In this document: positions 19,505 through 29,011 of the stretch, piece by piece | Layout: every line of letters starts with the position of its first letter | Numbering within the stretch: position 1 is the first letter of the stretch | Assembly (NCBI GenBank): GCA_045577775.1 | Contig: JAZNIZ010000025.1 | Coordinates: forward strand, 28,353-92,352 | Direction of reading: 5' to 3' | Source: Akkermansia sp. | GTDB taxonomy: Bacteria > Verrucomicrobiota > Verrucomicrobiia > Verrucomicrobiales > Akkermansiaceae | DNA length: 64,000 nucleotides | Notes under the pieces: model-generated | Seen by the model: the letters and a program-made list of their open reading frames with translations, nothing else | What the model was told of the DNA's origin: nothing | The model's database searches: none | Position numbers and translations under genes: made by a program

Positions 19505-21223
19505 TTATGCAAAGGGGTTGTCTTCGCCCTGTTTCTCCGGCTTGCGGTTAGTGAAGCGGGGGGAGGTGTGAATCACGAAGCAGAAGAAAGCCAGCACAAG
19601 CCCCACCCAGATGAGCGGAACAATGGCACCGATTTTGCCTTCCAGCAGGTTAGTGATGTGGTAGCTCTGTTGCACAAAGAGATTTTTGTACAGCCATGCC
19701 ACGAAGATTAAAATCATGATGCCCGGGGTGACCCAGTTGGTCAGGTAGCCGATGAAACGCGGAATGCGGATGAAGGACCCGCGGCGCAGCTCGCCAAGCC
19801 CTTTGTCTGTACCCCACACGCGGAAGATAATCAGGAAGGTGGAGGCACTGATGTAGAGGCTCATGATGCCCAGCCAGAAGTCCAGCGTGTCCAGGGCAAT
19901 GAGACCGTCGCCCGTGAACCATACCACCAGCATGGCGCCTACAATCAGCAGCAGGGCGATGATGGTGACGCTCTGGATGCGGCGCAGCTGCCAGAATTCC
20001 TCAATAAAGGCCACGGCTGGCTGCAGAATGGAAATAGCACTGGTAATGGCGGCAATGGACAGCAACCCGAAGAACAGGGTGCCGAATATCTGACCGCCCG
20101 GCATGCTGGCAAATACCTGCGGCAGCACGTTGAAGCCCAGTCCAAAGGTGCTGGTGCCGGCGGCTGCTGCTACACCAAGCAGCGCTACGGCTGAGGGAAT
20201 AATCATCATGCCGGCCAGACCAACTTCGGCCACCTCATTGGCGGCATTTGCCGTGAGGGAGGAAAGCGCAATATCCTTGCGGCGGTCTACATAACTGGCA
20301 TAGGTGCAGACGATACCGAAACCAATGGATACGGAGTAGAAAACCTGGCCAGCGGCGGTAATCCACAAATCCGGGTTCATGAGCCCCTGCAGCAGCGTGA
20401 TGGGCTTTTCCTTGATTTCCTGGTCGGGGTATACCTTCATGAGTCGTTCCAGCTGGGCTTTCTTTTCCTCCGGGGTGGCAGAGGCAGGTACCATGTCCAC
20501 TTCTTTATCGCCCGCGACCAGCATCACTTTATTGGGGTTCCACATGTAGCCCAGACCCTCGCTCACATTGCGCTCCGGGTGGGTGGCATCCGGGGTGCCC
20601 ATGGTGAGCACTCGCACCAGGATGATGATGGCGGTAATGACCAGTACCGGCATGCTCCATTTGCAGAACCATTCAATGCCTTTGTTCACACCGCGGTAGA
20701 TGAGCCAGAAGTTGCAAAACACAGCAATAACGAAGAAGATGAGCATGCTGCTCTCGCCGTTGAAGACACTGCCGTTGCCGTTCAGCCCCACGAAATTGGT
20801 GAAGAAGTTGCCATATTCCTCGCTGCTGGTGAAGTTCAGATCCCCCACGGCGGTGTGCCAGGCGTAGCCGAGGGTCCAGCCCTCCAGTGCCAGGTAGTAC
20901 ATGGTGATAGCCAGCGGGGTGAGTACGGCTGCCAGACCCACATATTTCCACACGGTGCTGCGGGTAAGCATGTAGAAAGCTGAAACCGAACAATGAGCAC
21001 CCAGTGCGCCGCCGCGGCGGCCAATGGCCCACTCCACCCAGCTGAGCGGAATGCCCAGTAGCAGGAATGCTGTGAAATAGGCAATCATGAAAGCACCGCC
21101 GCCGTATTGGGCGGCCAGGCCGGGAAAACGCAGGAAGTTACCGAAACCGATGGCGCTGCCGGCCACGGCAAGCACGGCGCCGATATTGGAGGACCAAAGT
21201 TCTTGTTTGTTGTTATTGCTCAC
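19505..21223 (-). CDS. Sodium-dependent amino-acid transporter (NSS/LeuT family), first in transcription order
   Basis: Same NSS motifs; GTG start; upstream TTGACA-17-TAAGAT promoter on the minus strand. Confidence 0.93.
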   Translation of the reverse strand: MSNNNKQELWSSNIGAVLAVAGSAIGFGNFLRFPGLAAQYGGGAFMIAYFTAFLLLGIPLSWVEWAIGRRGGALGAHCSVSAFYMLTRSTVWKYVGLAAVLTPLAITMYYLALEGWTLGYAWHTAVGDLNFTSSEEYGNFFTNFVGLNGNGSVFNGESSMLIFFVIAVFCNFWLIYRGVNKGIEWFCKWSMPVLVITAIIILVRVLTMGTPDATHPERNVSEGLGYMWNPNKVMLVAGDKEVDMVPASATPEEKKAQLERLMKVYPDQEIKEKPITLLQGLMNPDLWITAAGQVFYSVSIGFGIVCTYASYVDRRKDIALSSLTANAANEVAEVGLAGMMIIPSAVALLGVAAAAGTSTFGLGFNVLPQVFASMPGGQIFGTLFFGLLSIAAITSAISILQPAVAFIEEFWQLRRIQSVTIIALLLIVGAMLVVWFTGDGLIALDTLDFWLGIMSLYISASTFLIIFRVWGTDKGLGELRRGSFIRIPRFIGYLTNWVTPGIMILIFVAWLYKNLFVQQSYHITNLLEGKIGAIVPLIWVGLVLAFFCFVIHTSPRFTNRKPEKQGEDNPFA

Positions 21224-21313
21224 GGTTAGAAATTTGTAAGGTGCAACATCTTACGCGCGTACTCGCCTTATGTCAAGCATATCTGGTGGCGAATAACAAA
21301 ATTACCGGTAAAT

Positions 21314-21340
21314 AAAAAGCCCCTGCGGAGGCAGGGGCTT
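21314..21340 (-). terminator. Intrinsic terminator after fbaA
   Basis: AAGCCCCTGC / GCAGGGGCTT stem with an A run on the + strand (U tract on the - strand). Confidence 0.75.
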
Positions 21341-21364
21341 GAAGATATTGATGGGAGGGGATGC

Positions 21365-22390
<1,026 letters not shown>

Positions 22391-22546
22391 GGTACTTATT
22401 TTGTTTGGTTGGAATATTCAGGAGCACGCAGAGCGCGTGCTCTGCACGCAGCGTATTTTAACCTGATTTGTTGTGATATGCAAGTAGAAAAAGCGGAAAG
22501 CCCCGATTTCCTGTTGGGGAACCGGGGCTTTTCTGTGTATTGGGAG

Positions 22547-22619
22547 TACGAGAGATAGGACTTGAACCTACGACCTCCACCATGTCAAGGTGTTGCTCTA
22601 CCAACTGAGCTACTCCCGC
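22547..22619 (-). tRNA. tRNA-Val(GAC)
   Basis: GCGGGAG...AGCTCAGTTGGTAGAGC, anticodon loop TT-GAC-AT, T arm GGTTCAAGTCC; no encoded CCA. Confidence 0.93.
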
Positions 22620-22628
22620 ATTAGGAAC

Positions 22629-22711
22629 TGGGCAGGGATGGATTCGAACCATCGAAATCGTACGATAGCAGATTTACAGTCTGCCCCCTTTGACCGCTCG
22701 GGAACCTACCC
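22629..22711 (-). tRNA. tRNA-Tyr(GTA)
   Basis: GGGTAGG...CCCGAGCGGTCAAAGGG, anticodon loop CT-GTA-AA, long variable arm, GGTTCGAATCC; no encoded CCA. Confidence 0.95.
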
Positions 22712-22798
22712 ATTTTGTTTTTTTGCAGACCGCAGATACGGTGTGCGGCGGTAATTTACACAAACTTGCGGAAGAATGCAAGTCTTTTTTTTTGTAAA

Positions 22799-23794
22799 TC
22801 AGGAATTTTTTTGTAATTTGTAATTTCTGATAGCGACTCCGAGGAAGATAAAGCCAATAGCTACAATGATGAGGGAGAGGAGCTGTCCTTGAGTGATGCC
22901 GTGCCATACCCCTGCATCGGGTTCCTTGAAGCATTCGCAGATAATGCGGGCGGCTGGGTAAAGGAAGCAGAAGATGGCAGTGAAGGTGCCATCCGGCGCT
23001 TTTTTCCAGAGCAGGCGCACGCTGAGTCCCACGATGAAGAGCAGTAAGCCTTCGCCGGCTGCTTCAAACAGCTGGGAGGGCCAGCGCGGATTCAGGAATT
23101 GCCCCAGTGCTTCGCATACAGCCTGGTTTTCGCGGCACAGGCGGCTCAGGGTGTCAAAGAATTGTTCGCCGGGCAGGGCGAGTGAGCGCATGCTGCCACC
23201 TGCTGCGTGTTCCACGGCTACGAGTGCCTGGATCTGCTGCTGGGTGGGAAGCTCAAAGATTTCCAGCGGGAATTTCATAGCCAGCGGGTTGGCTGCATCG
23301 GTGATGCGGCCGTAGAGTTCACCGTTGATGAAGTTGGCGATACGGCCGCAGAACAGGCCGATGGGGCTGGTGATGGCGATGCCGTCCAGTAGTCTGACCA
23401 CGGAAATCTTGTTGCGCCAGGAAAACCAGAGGGAGGCTATACCTACGCCCAGAATGCCACCGTGTGAGGCCATGCCGCCTTCCCATACGCGGAATACCCA
23501 GAGCGGGTCTGCCATAAAGCCGTTCAGGCCATGTTCGGGTAGCCAGTAAAAGAAAAATTCGCCCAGACGCCCGCCAATGAGAACGCCGAGGATGCAGACC
23601 AGGGTTACATAGTCGCCCAGTTTGTCCATGTCCATCTGAAAAAGTTTTTTCTGGGTGAGCCAGCGCAGGACTATGTACCCCAGCACAAAGCCTGCTACAT
23701 AGGCCAGTCCGTACCAGCGGATCGCCAGCGGAGTGCCGGGGAGGTTGAAGATGACGGGGTCCAGGTGGTGAATGTAAGTTGCTAGTACGGGCAT
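22799..23794 (-). CDS. lgt: Prolipoprotein diacylglyceryl transferase
   Basis: IRWYGLAY, GGRLG, WEGGMASHGG, GRIANFINGELYGR and PSQLFE; start at ATG 23794. Confidence 0.95.
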   Translation of the reverse strand: MPVLATYIHHLDPVIFNLPGTPLAIRWYGLAYVAGFVLGYIVLRWLTQKKLFQMDMDKLGDYVTLVCILGVLIGGRLGEFFFYWLPEHGLNGFMADPLWVFRVWEGGMASHGGILGVGIASLWFSWRNKISVVRLLDGIAITSPIGLFCGRIANFINGELYGRITDAANPLAMKFPLEIFELPTQQQIQALVAVEHAAGGSMRSLALPGEQFFDTLSRLCRENQAVCEALGQFLNPRWPSQLFEAAGEGLLLFIVGLSVRLLWKKAPDGTFTAIFCFLYPAARIICECFKEPDAGVWHGITQGQLLSLIIVAIGFIFLGVAIRNYKLQKNS

Positions 23795-23972
23795 GGTGCG
23801 GCGGTTATACCACATAGTGTGGGTCTTAACAAGTCTAAAGTCGGCTGTACCTGCGCGCGTATGCTGCGCTCTCGTGCGCTCCTTTCAAAAAAAATTGCCA
23901 TGGTGGAAGATTCTTCTCGCCAACAGGGTGCTTATTGTGTATAAGTATAGCACACCTTTGTTTTTTTGAACT

Positions 23973-24917
23973 ATGAAACGATTCTTCTTTCCTGCTCTAG
24001 TTGCGGCATTGTGCGGTATCCAATGCGCCCTTGCGTCTCCTGTCGCTACAAAGGCTTATGTGAAGCCGTTGTTGAAAGCGTCTGATATCAAGACTCTCAC
24101 ACCGATTCAGCCCCAGGTGGCGAAGGAGTACTTTAACTGCGATAAGGCCAAAAAGAACGAATGCCCCAAATGGTACTACCTGATGATTCCTTATGAACTG
24201 CGTGGTAAGGGGCAGGAGCCTAAGAACGGAAAGATTGACTACCCGCTCTATGTGGATGAACTCAATGTTCACGTTTATATCCTGTTCGATATGGGGCGCA
24301 ATTCCAAGAAGGGTACGACTAAGTATATTCGCCTTGATAAGGAAATTTCCTATGTAGATATCATGCTCCCTGATCAGGATAAGGCTGAAAAGAAGGGCCT
24401 CAACAAGTCCGTGAATGCCGCTGTGTTCTTCTCTCCGGCAGATATGGCTAAATTGTCTGCCGAGATTGTCAAGGAAAGCGATAAGGTGGAAAAGGTGTCT
24501 CAGGTGGAGAAGGTGGGTGAAAGAATCGCGGCTGTTGCTGTTGAATTCTTCCACAAGGGAATAGAGGTGACCGACCTCGGCGGAAAAGGCTCTGATGAGT
24601 ACAAGAAGAAGGGAATTGTGGCAAATGGTGCATCGACGGATTTCACGGATTATTGGTGGCGCAAGGAGAAGGAAAGCGTCATTCAGATGCGTGATATCTC
24701 TGAAACTCCCTTTGCTCCGTTCTATTCCCAGGCATTCCCCCCGACTGCCAAGCTTTACGGCGGCGCTGGTCCAGATAAATCGGGTGTACCTGCGGCAGAG
24801 GGTGATACAGACGGCGGTTATGTGCCCGCTACTGCAACAGAAGGCACAAGCTCAGAGGAGCCCGATACCGGCAAGTCTTCTTCTAAAAAGAACAGGAAGA
24901 AAAACCGCAACAGATAA
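23973..24917 (+). CDS. Amuc_1102-like secreted pilus-system protein
   Basis: Signal peptide; KWYY..IPYE, YVDEL, AVEFF and SETPFAP pattern; position directly before pilM matches the Akkermansia Amuc_1098-1102 locus. Confidence 0.7.
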   Translation: MKRFFFPALVAALCGIQCALASPVATKAYVKPLLKASDIKTLTPIQPQVAKEYFNCDKAKKNECPKWYYLMIPYELRGKGQEPKNGKIDYPLYVDELNVHVYILFDMGRNSKKGTTKYIRLDKEISYVDIMLPDQDKAEKKGLNKSVNAAVFFSPADMAKLSAEIVKESDKVEKVSQVEKVGERIAAVAVEFFHKGIEVTDLGGKGSDEYKKKGIVANGASTDFTDYWWRKEKESVIQMRDISETPFAPFYSQAFPPTAKLYGGAGPDKSGVPAAEGDTDGGYVPATATEGTSSEEPDTGKSSSKKNRKKNRNR

Positions 24918-24962
24918 GCTTGTGGTTACTCATTAGAAAATTTAATTGACAACATATTACAT

Positions 24963-26828
24963 ATGGCTGAATATAAGACAACAGTAGCCCTGGAGATTGG
25001 CTCGCAGAGCGTTACCATGGGTGTCTTTACCCCGGCCGGTCGCGGTTTTTCGTTATCGCGTTATGCCCGCAGAGATATTCTGCTGGACCCGGTTGAGGAG
25101 GGAATGCGCATGGATTACGTTGGTAATGCCATTGCGGAGATGGTGCAGGAACTCAAGGTGAAAGGCAGCGAGGTTCGCAATGTAGTTTCCGGGCAGCAGG
25201 TGTTTATGCGCTTTATCAAGCTGCCTGCAATTGATTTGGATGATATTGCCGAGCAGGTAGGATATGAAGCGCAGCAGCATATTCCTTTCCCGCTTGAAGA
25301 TATTATATACTCTTATCAGGAGTTGGCTGATCGTGGTGAAGGCGAGCGCGAGGTTCTGCTTGTGGCAATCAAGAAGGATGTGCTGGATAACCTGAATAGT
25401 CAGGTGGAAAGCAGCAGTCTGAAAACGCGTAGTGTGGATTGCTCCATTACGTCTCTTTATAATGCGTTCCGTGCCAACTACGAGGAGGAGGAACCAGTGA
25501 TGCTGCTTGATATTGGTGCCAAGACCACGGATATCATCTTTGCAGAGGAAGACCGCTTCTTTACCCGCTCAGTCACGGCGGCTGGTGCCTTTATTACCAA
25601 CACGATTGCTCGTGAATTCAATATCAGTTTCCGCGAGGCTGAACGGCGCAAGATTGAGGATGGTGTGGTCTCTCTCGGTAACGGCTATACCGATGCCATG
25701 ACCGAGTCCGATGCTGCGCTGGCAACCACGATTCGCACGGCTATGAGCCGTCTGAGCTCTGAGGTGCAGCGTACGATTAACCACTACCGTGCCCAGTACA
25801 AGGGTAATCCGCCCACCAAGGCTTATATCTGTGGTGGTGGCGCTCGTCTGCCGTTTGCTCTCGAATTCCTGGAGGCTGCCCTGAATATCCCGGTAGAATA
25901 CCTCAACCCGGTGGATGCACTTGCCGTTGGCTCTAAGATTGACGAGGCAGAGCTTGAGCAGGATGCTATCTGCCTTGGCCCGATTGTAGGCGCTGCCATT
26001 TCCGGCTCCGGGGCAGGTGAGTTTGATATTGACCTGGTGCCTACAAGTGTGGGTAAGAACCGTGCAGAAAAGAAGCTTCTGCCCAAGGTGGTCATAGCCG
26101 GTGTGCTGGCTCTGGCTGGTGCTGGTTTCTACGCTTATACGACCAGTCATGCCGCCGCCGAATCTGCAAAGGTTCTGGCACAGGCTGAAGCCGCAGATGC
26201 AAAGGTTTCCTCGCTGGATGGCCAGATTGAAAATGTGAGCAATAAGTACGATGCGGAGATGAAAAAAATCCGCGCATTTGCTGATTTGTACACCAAACGC
26301 GTGGCCTATCCGGAGGTATTGCAGCAGATGAGTGCTAAAACGGCCTCTGTTAAATACTGGTTTACGGAGTTCTCCCCGCTGATCAATTACGATGTTGATG
26401 CGTACGAAATCGATAACAAGGGGACGGTTCCTGGTACCAAGCTTATTGACATGAAGGGCGGTCGCGGGCGCAAGAATGCAACCGCAATCAATGATGCACC
26501 TGAAAGCGTGGAAATCTCTCGCAAGCCTAAGGAACCGATGGTGACCGCCATCTACGTGCAGGGGTATATTGCCAAACCTGTTGATGGCGATGGCCAGGCT
26601 CAGTATCGTGCATTCTGTGAGCATGTGCTCAGTCTCTTCGATGAACGCAGCGCCGATTCTCTCTTCAGTTATGAAAATGGCAAAGTGGAGAGCAATCTGA
26701 AGCATTATTTCCACAGCACAACCTCGAAGGAGGATAGCTCGCTGCCGAAGTATGTGGTCCGCGTTCACATGGTAATGCCGCTCAAGACGCCGATACCCGT
26801 GCCGGATAATCAATACGGTAAGAAGTGA
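24963..26828 (+). CDS. pilM: Type IV pilus assembly protein PilM with a fused TM/PilN-like C-terminus (Amuc_1101-like)
   Basis: Actin-like motifs LEIGSQSV, EAQQHIPF, LDIGAKTT and ICGGGARL, followed by a TM helix and a periplasmic domain. Confidence 0.88.
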   Translation: MAEYKTTVALEIGSQSVTMGVFTPAGRGFSLSRYARRDILLDPVEEGMRMDYVGNAIAEMVQELKVKGSEVRNVVSGQQVFMRFIKLPAIDLDDIAEQVGYEAQQHIPFPLEDIIYSYQELADRGEGEREVLLVAIKKDVLDNLNSQVESSSLKTRSVDCSITSLYNAFRANYEEEEPVMLLDIGAKTTDIIFAEEDRFFTRSVTAAGAFITNTIAREFNISFREAERRKIEDGVVSLGNGYTDAMTESDAALATTIRTAMSRLSSEVQRTINHYRAQYKGNPPTKAYICGGGARLPFALEFLEAALNIPVEYLNPVDALAVGSKIDEAELEQDAICLGPIVGAAISGSGAGEFDIDLVPTSVGKNRAEKKLLPKVVIAGVLALAGAGFYAYTTSHAAAESAKVLAQAEAADAKVSSLDGQIENVSNKYDAEMKKIRAFADLYTKRVAYPEVLQQMSAKTASVKYWFTEFSPLINYDVDAYEIDNKGTVPGTKLIDMKGGRGRKNATAINDAPESVEISRKPKEPMVTAIYVQGYIAKPVDGDGQAQYRAFCEHVLSLFDERSADSLFSYENGKVESNLKHYFHSTTSKEDSSLPKYVVRVHMVMPLKTPIPVPDNQYGKK

Positions 26829-26856
26829 TATGAACCCTTAATTTTATATTACGATA

Positions 26857-27762
26857 ATGAATATAAGCGAAAATAAAAGAGTTGTAGCGCTTTCTGCCGT
26901 GTTTGCTCTTGCTTTTGCCGGTGTGATGTACTACGGCTATGGCGAAAGCCGCAAATACGCTGACAACGAGACAAAGATTGCAGAGATTCGTGACCGGTTT
27001 ATTGGCTACGTTAACAAGGAAATGCCGCCGACCCGCCAGAATCTCAAGGATATCAAGGCTGCATTTTCTGAGGTTGCTGCCACACGTGCCGATATGCAGG
27101 CAGAGATGAACCGCTATGCAGAGAAGTGCATGGGCGATGGAAAGAAAATACCTGCCCTCGAATTCCAGGAGCGTCTTAATGCCTCCTGTGAGGCTCTTCA
27201 GAAAATGGCGGCAGACCAGAAGGTTTCTCTCATGGGGAGTGCTCGCGATATGGGTATGGAAAGCCACCGCAAGGCTACTCCTGTGGCAGATAACGTGCCG
27301 TTCCTTGAATTTGAGCGCCGGGCTATTCAGCGTGTTTCAGAAATCCTTATCAACGCGAATGTGGCCAGCTTCAGCAAGGTTTATTGCCATGCCTTGCCGG
27401 AGGAAGCAATGGCATCTCTGGACCCCGGTAACCGCAAGGCTGCTCCCTATTTCCCGCTGAGCTTTGAGGTCGAGTTTGAGGCAAAGCAGGGTGGAATTTC
27501 ATCTGTTGTGAATTCCATTGTGAAGGAAAAGGATTTCTTCCTGACTATTACCGGTATGGCTGTAGAAGATACCAGTAAGCTGCCTGGCGTAGATGCTTTC
27601 AAAAAGCCATCTGCCGCACCAGAAGGTGCAAACCTGGGAGAGACCCCCGCACCTGCCGAAGCAGACATAGTGGCTGTGCGGAAAGTTGGTTCCAAGGATG
27701 AGAAGGTACGGGTGTACATGACCCTGCAAGTGCTCTATTTCACTCCCGGCATGTCTAAGTAA
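26857..27762 (+). CDS. Amuc_1100-like pilus-associated protein (PilO-like)
   Basis: N-terminal TM, coiled-coil, EFQERL / LEFERRAI / KVY / PLSFEVEF pattern, Ala/Pro-rich linker and terminal LQVLYF strand, all resembling Amuc_1100; synteny agrees. Confidence 0.78.
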   Translation: MNISENKRVVALSAVFALAFAGVMYYGYGESRKYADNETKIAEIRDRFIGYVNKEMPPTRQNLKDIKAAFSEVAATRADMQAEMNRYAEKCMGDGKKIPALEFQERLNASCEALQKMAADQKVSLMGSARDMGMESHRKATPVADNVPFLEFERRAIQRVSEILINANVASFSKVYCHALPEEAMASLDPGNRKAAPYFPLSFEVEFEAKQGGISSVVNSIVKEKDFFLTITGMAVEDTSKLPGVDAFKKPSAAPEGANLGETPAPAEADIVAVRKVGSKDEKVRVYMTLQVLYFTPGMSK

Positions 27763-27786
27763 ACCAAATAAGAGAAAATCACGATT

Positions 27787-28950
27787 ATGGCTGAACAATC
27801 AAATCCTGGCCTCAAGGCTGTTGTGACGGGTACCTTGCTTGGTGTTGCTGCCGCAGCCCTGGGTGGCTATACAATGTACTCCTGCAAAGTGGCTCCCGTT
27901 GATACAAATGTGAAGGGCGGCTACGAAGGCGCTTCCATGACAGAGGAAGCCCAGGGAGTAAAGAACCTCATGAAGCGCGATATGTCCGTTGTGGATACCG
28001 CACCTGCTGGTGCTACCATCAATGGGGTGCCTCGTGTTGTGCCGCTGTTTTATGCGCCGGAACTCTGGCAGGTTGCCTTAGTTGAAGCAGAAAGAATGGA
28101 GGTGGTTGATATTTACGACCCTGCTTCTCCTGCTGTGCATGGCAGTATTCCGAATGTCTGGTTTATTTCTAATGACATTGAGGCCGATTTCTGCAAGGCA
28201 AATGGCAGAGCGTTGGATGCAGACGCCGACGGCTTCACAAACGAGGAGGAATATGCCGCCAAGACATGCCCATCTGCTAACAACAGCTACCCGGATCTCG
28301 TGCGCGCCGGCGATGAGAACCCGAAGCTGGAGGTAGTTGCTATTAATAACGCAAAGGCTCTTATTACAACAGACAATATGTTCGTTGATGCAAAGAACCC
28401 TGCATCGGTGAACATTCGTATTTATGGTAGCCGGGCGGAGTACACCCCCATTCACAAGGTTACTGTTAAGCCGGGCGAGAGTTTTGATCTCTCGGCTCAG
28501 GAAAAGAAGAGCCGTTTCACCGTGGTGCGTTTCGATGTCCGTGACTACCCTGACTTCAGTGGTTCCATGGTTAAGGAAAACGTGGTCGTTATCCGCGATA
28601 ACGTAACCTCCAGCTCCGATAAGGAATTTGTTCTCCGCGCGGGTAAGACCCCTGCTGGTCACCGCGATGAAAAGGATGAAAAGGTGGTGAAGGGTCGCAT
28701 GATTACGGATACAACCGTGACGCTGCGCACGACCGCTGGTACTGCTAAGGGCAAGACTTTCAGCGTTCAGCTGGGGGCTCCGTTTACTATTCCCGGCGGC
28801 AAGGCCGATGGTTCCGAATTGCATGCCACACTCGTTGCAACGAATGGCTCCGGAACTGTCAATATCAAGCTTGATGGCGTTGAAAGTGATATTTCCATCC
28901 CCAAGGCATCCGGAAATGCCGCTGCTGCCTCAAAAAATCGCAAGAAATAA
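27787..28950 (+). CDS. Amuc_1099-like pilus-system protein
   Basis: N-terminal TM; calcium-binding-like DADADGFTNEEEY..T.P....S.P; synteny agrees. Confidence 0.75.
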   Translation: MAEQSNPGLKAVVTGTLLGVAAAALGGYTMYSCKVAPVDTNVKGGYEGASMTEEAQGVKNLMKRDMSVVDTAPAGATINGVPRVVPLFYAPELWQVALVEAERMEVVDIYDPASPAVHGSIPNVWFISNDIEADFCKANGRALDADADGFTNEEEYAAKTCPSANNSYPDLVRAGDENPKLEVVAINNAKALITTDNMFVDAKNPASVNIRIYGSRAEYTPIHKVTVKPGESFDLSAQEKKSRFTVVRFDVRDYPDFSGSMVKENVVVIRDNVTSSSDKEFVLRAGKTPAGHRDEKDEKVVKGRMITDTTVTLRTTAGTAKGKTFSVQLGAPFTIPGGKADGSELHATLVATNGSGTVNIKLDGVESDISIPKASGNAAAASKNRKK

Positions 28951-29011
28951 GCAAAAATTTAATTGTAGACTTTACATTTGAAAAGAATTCTGCCATAAAT
29001 AGGACATTACC

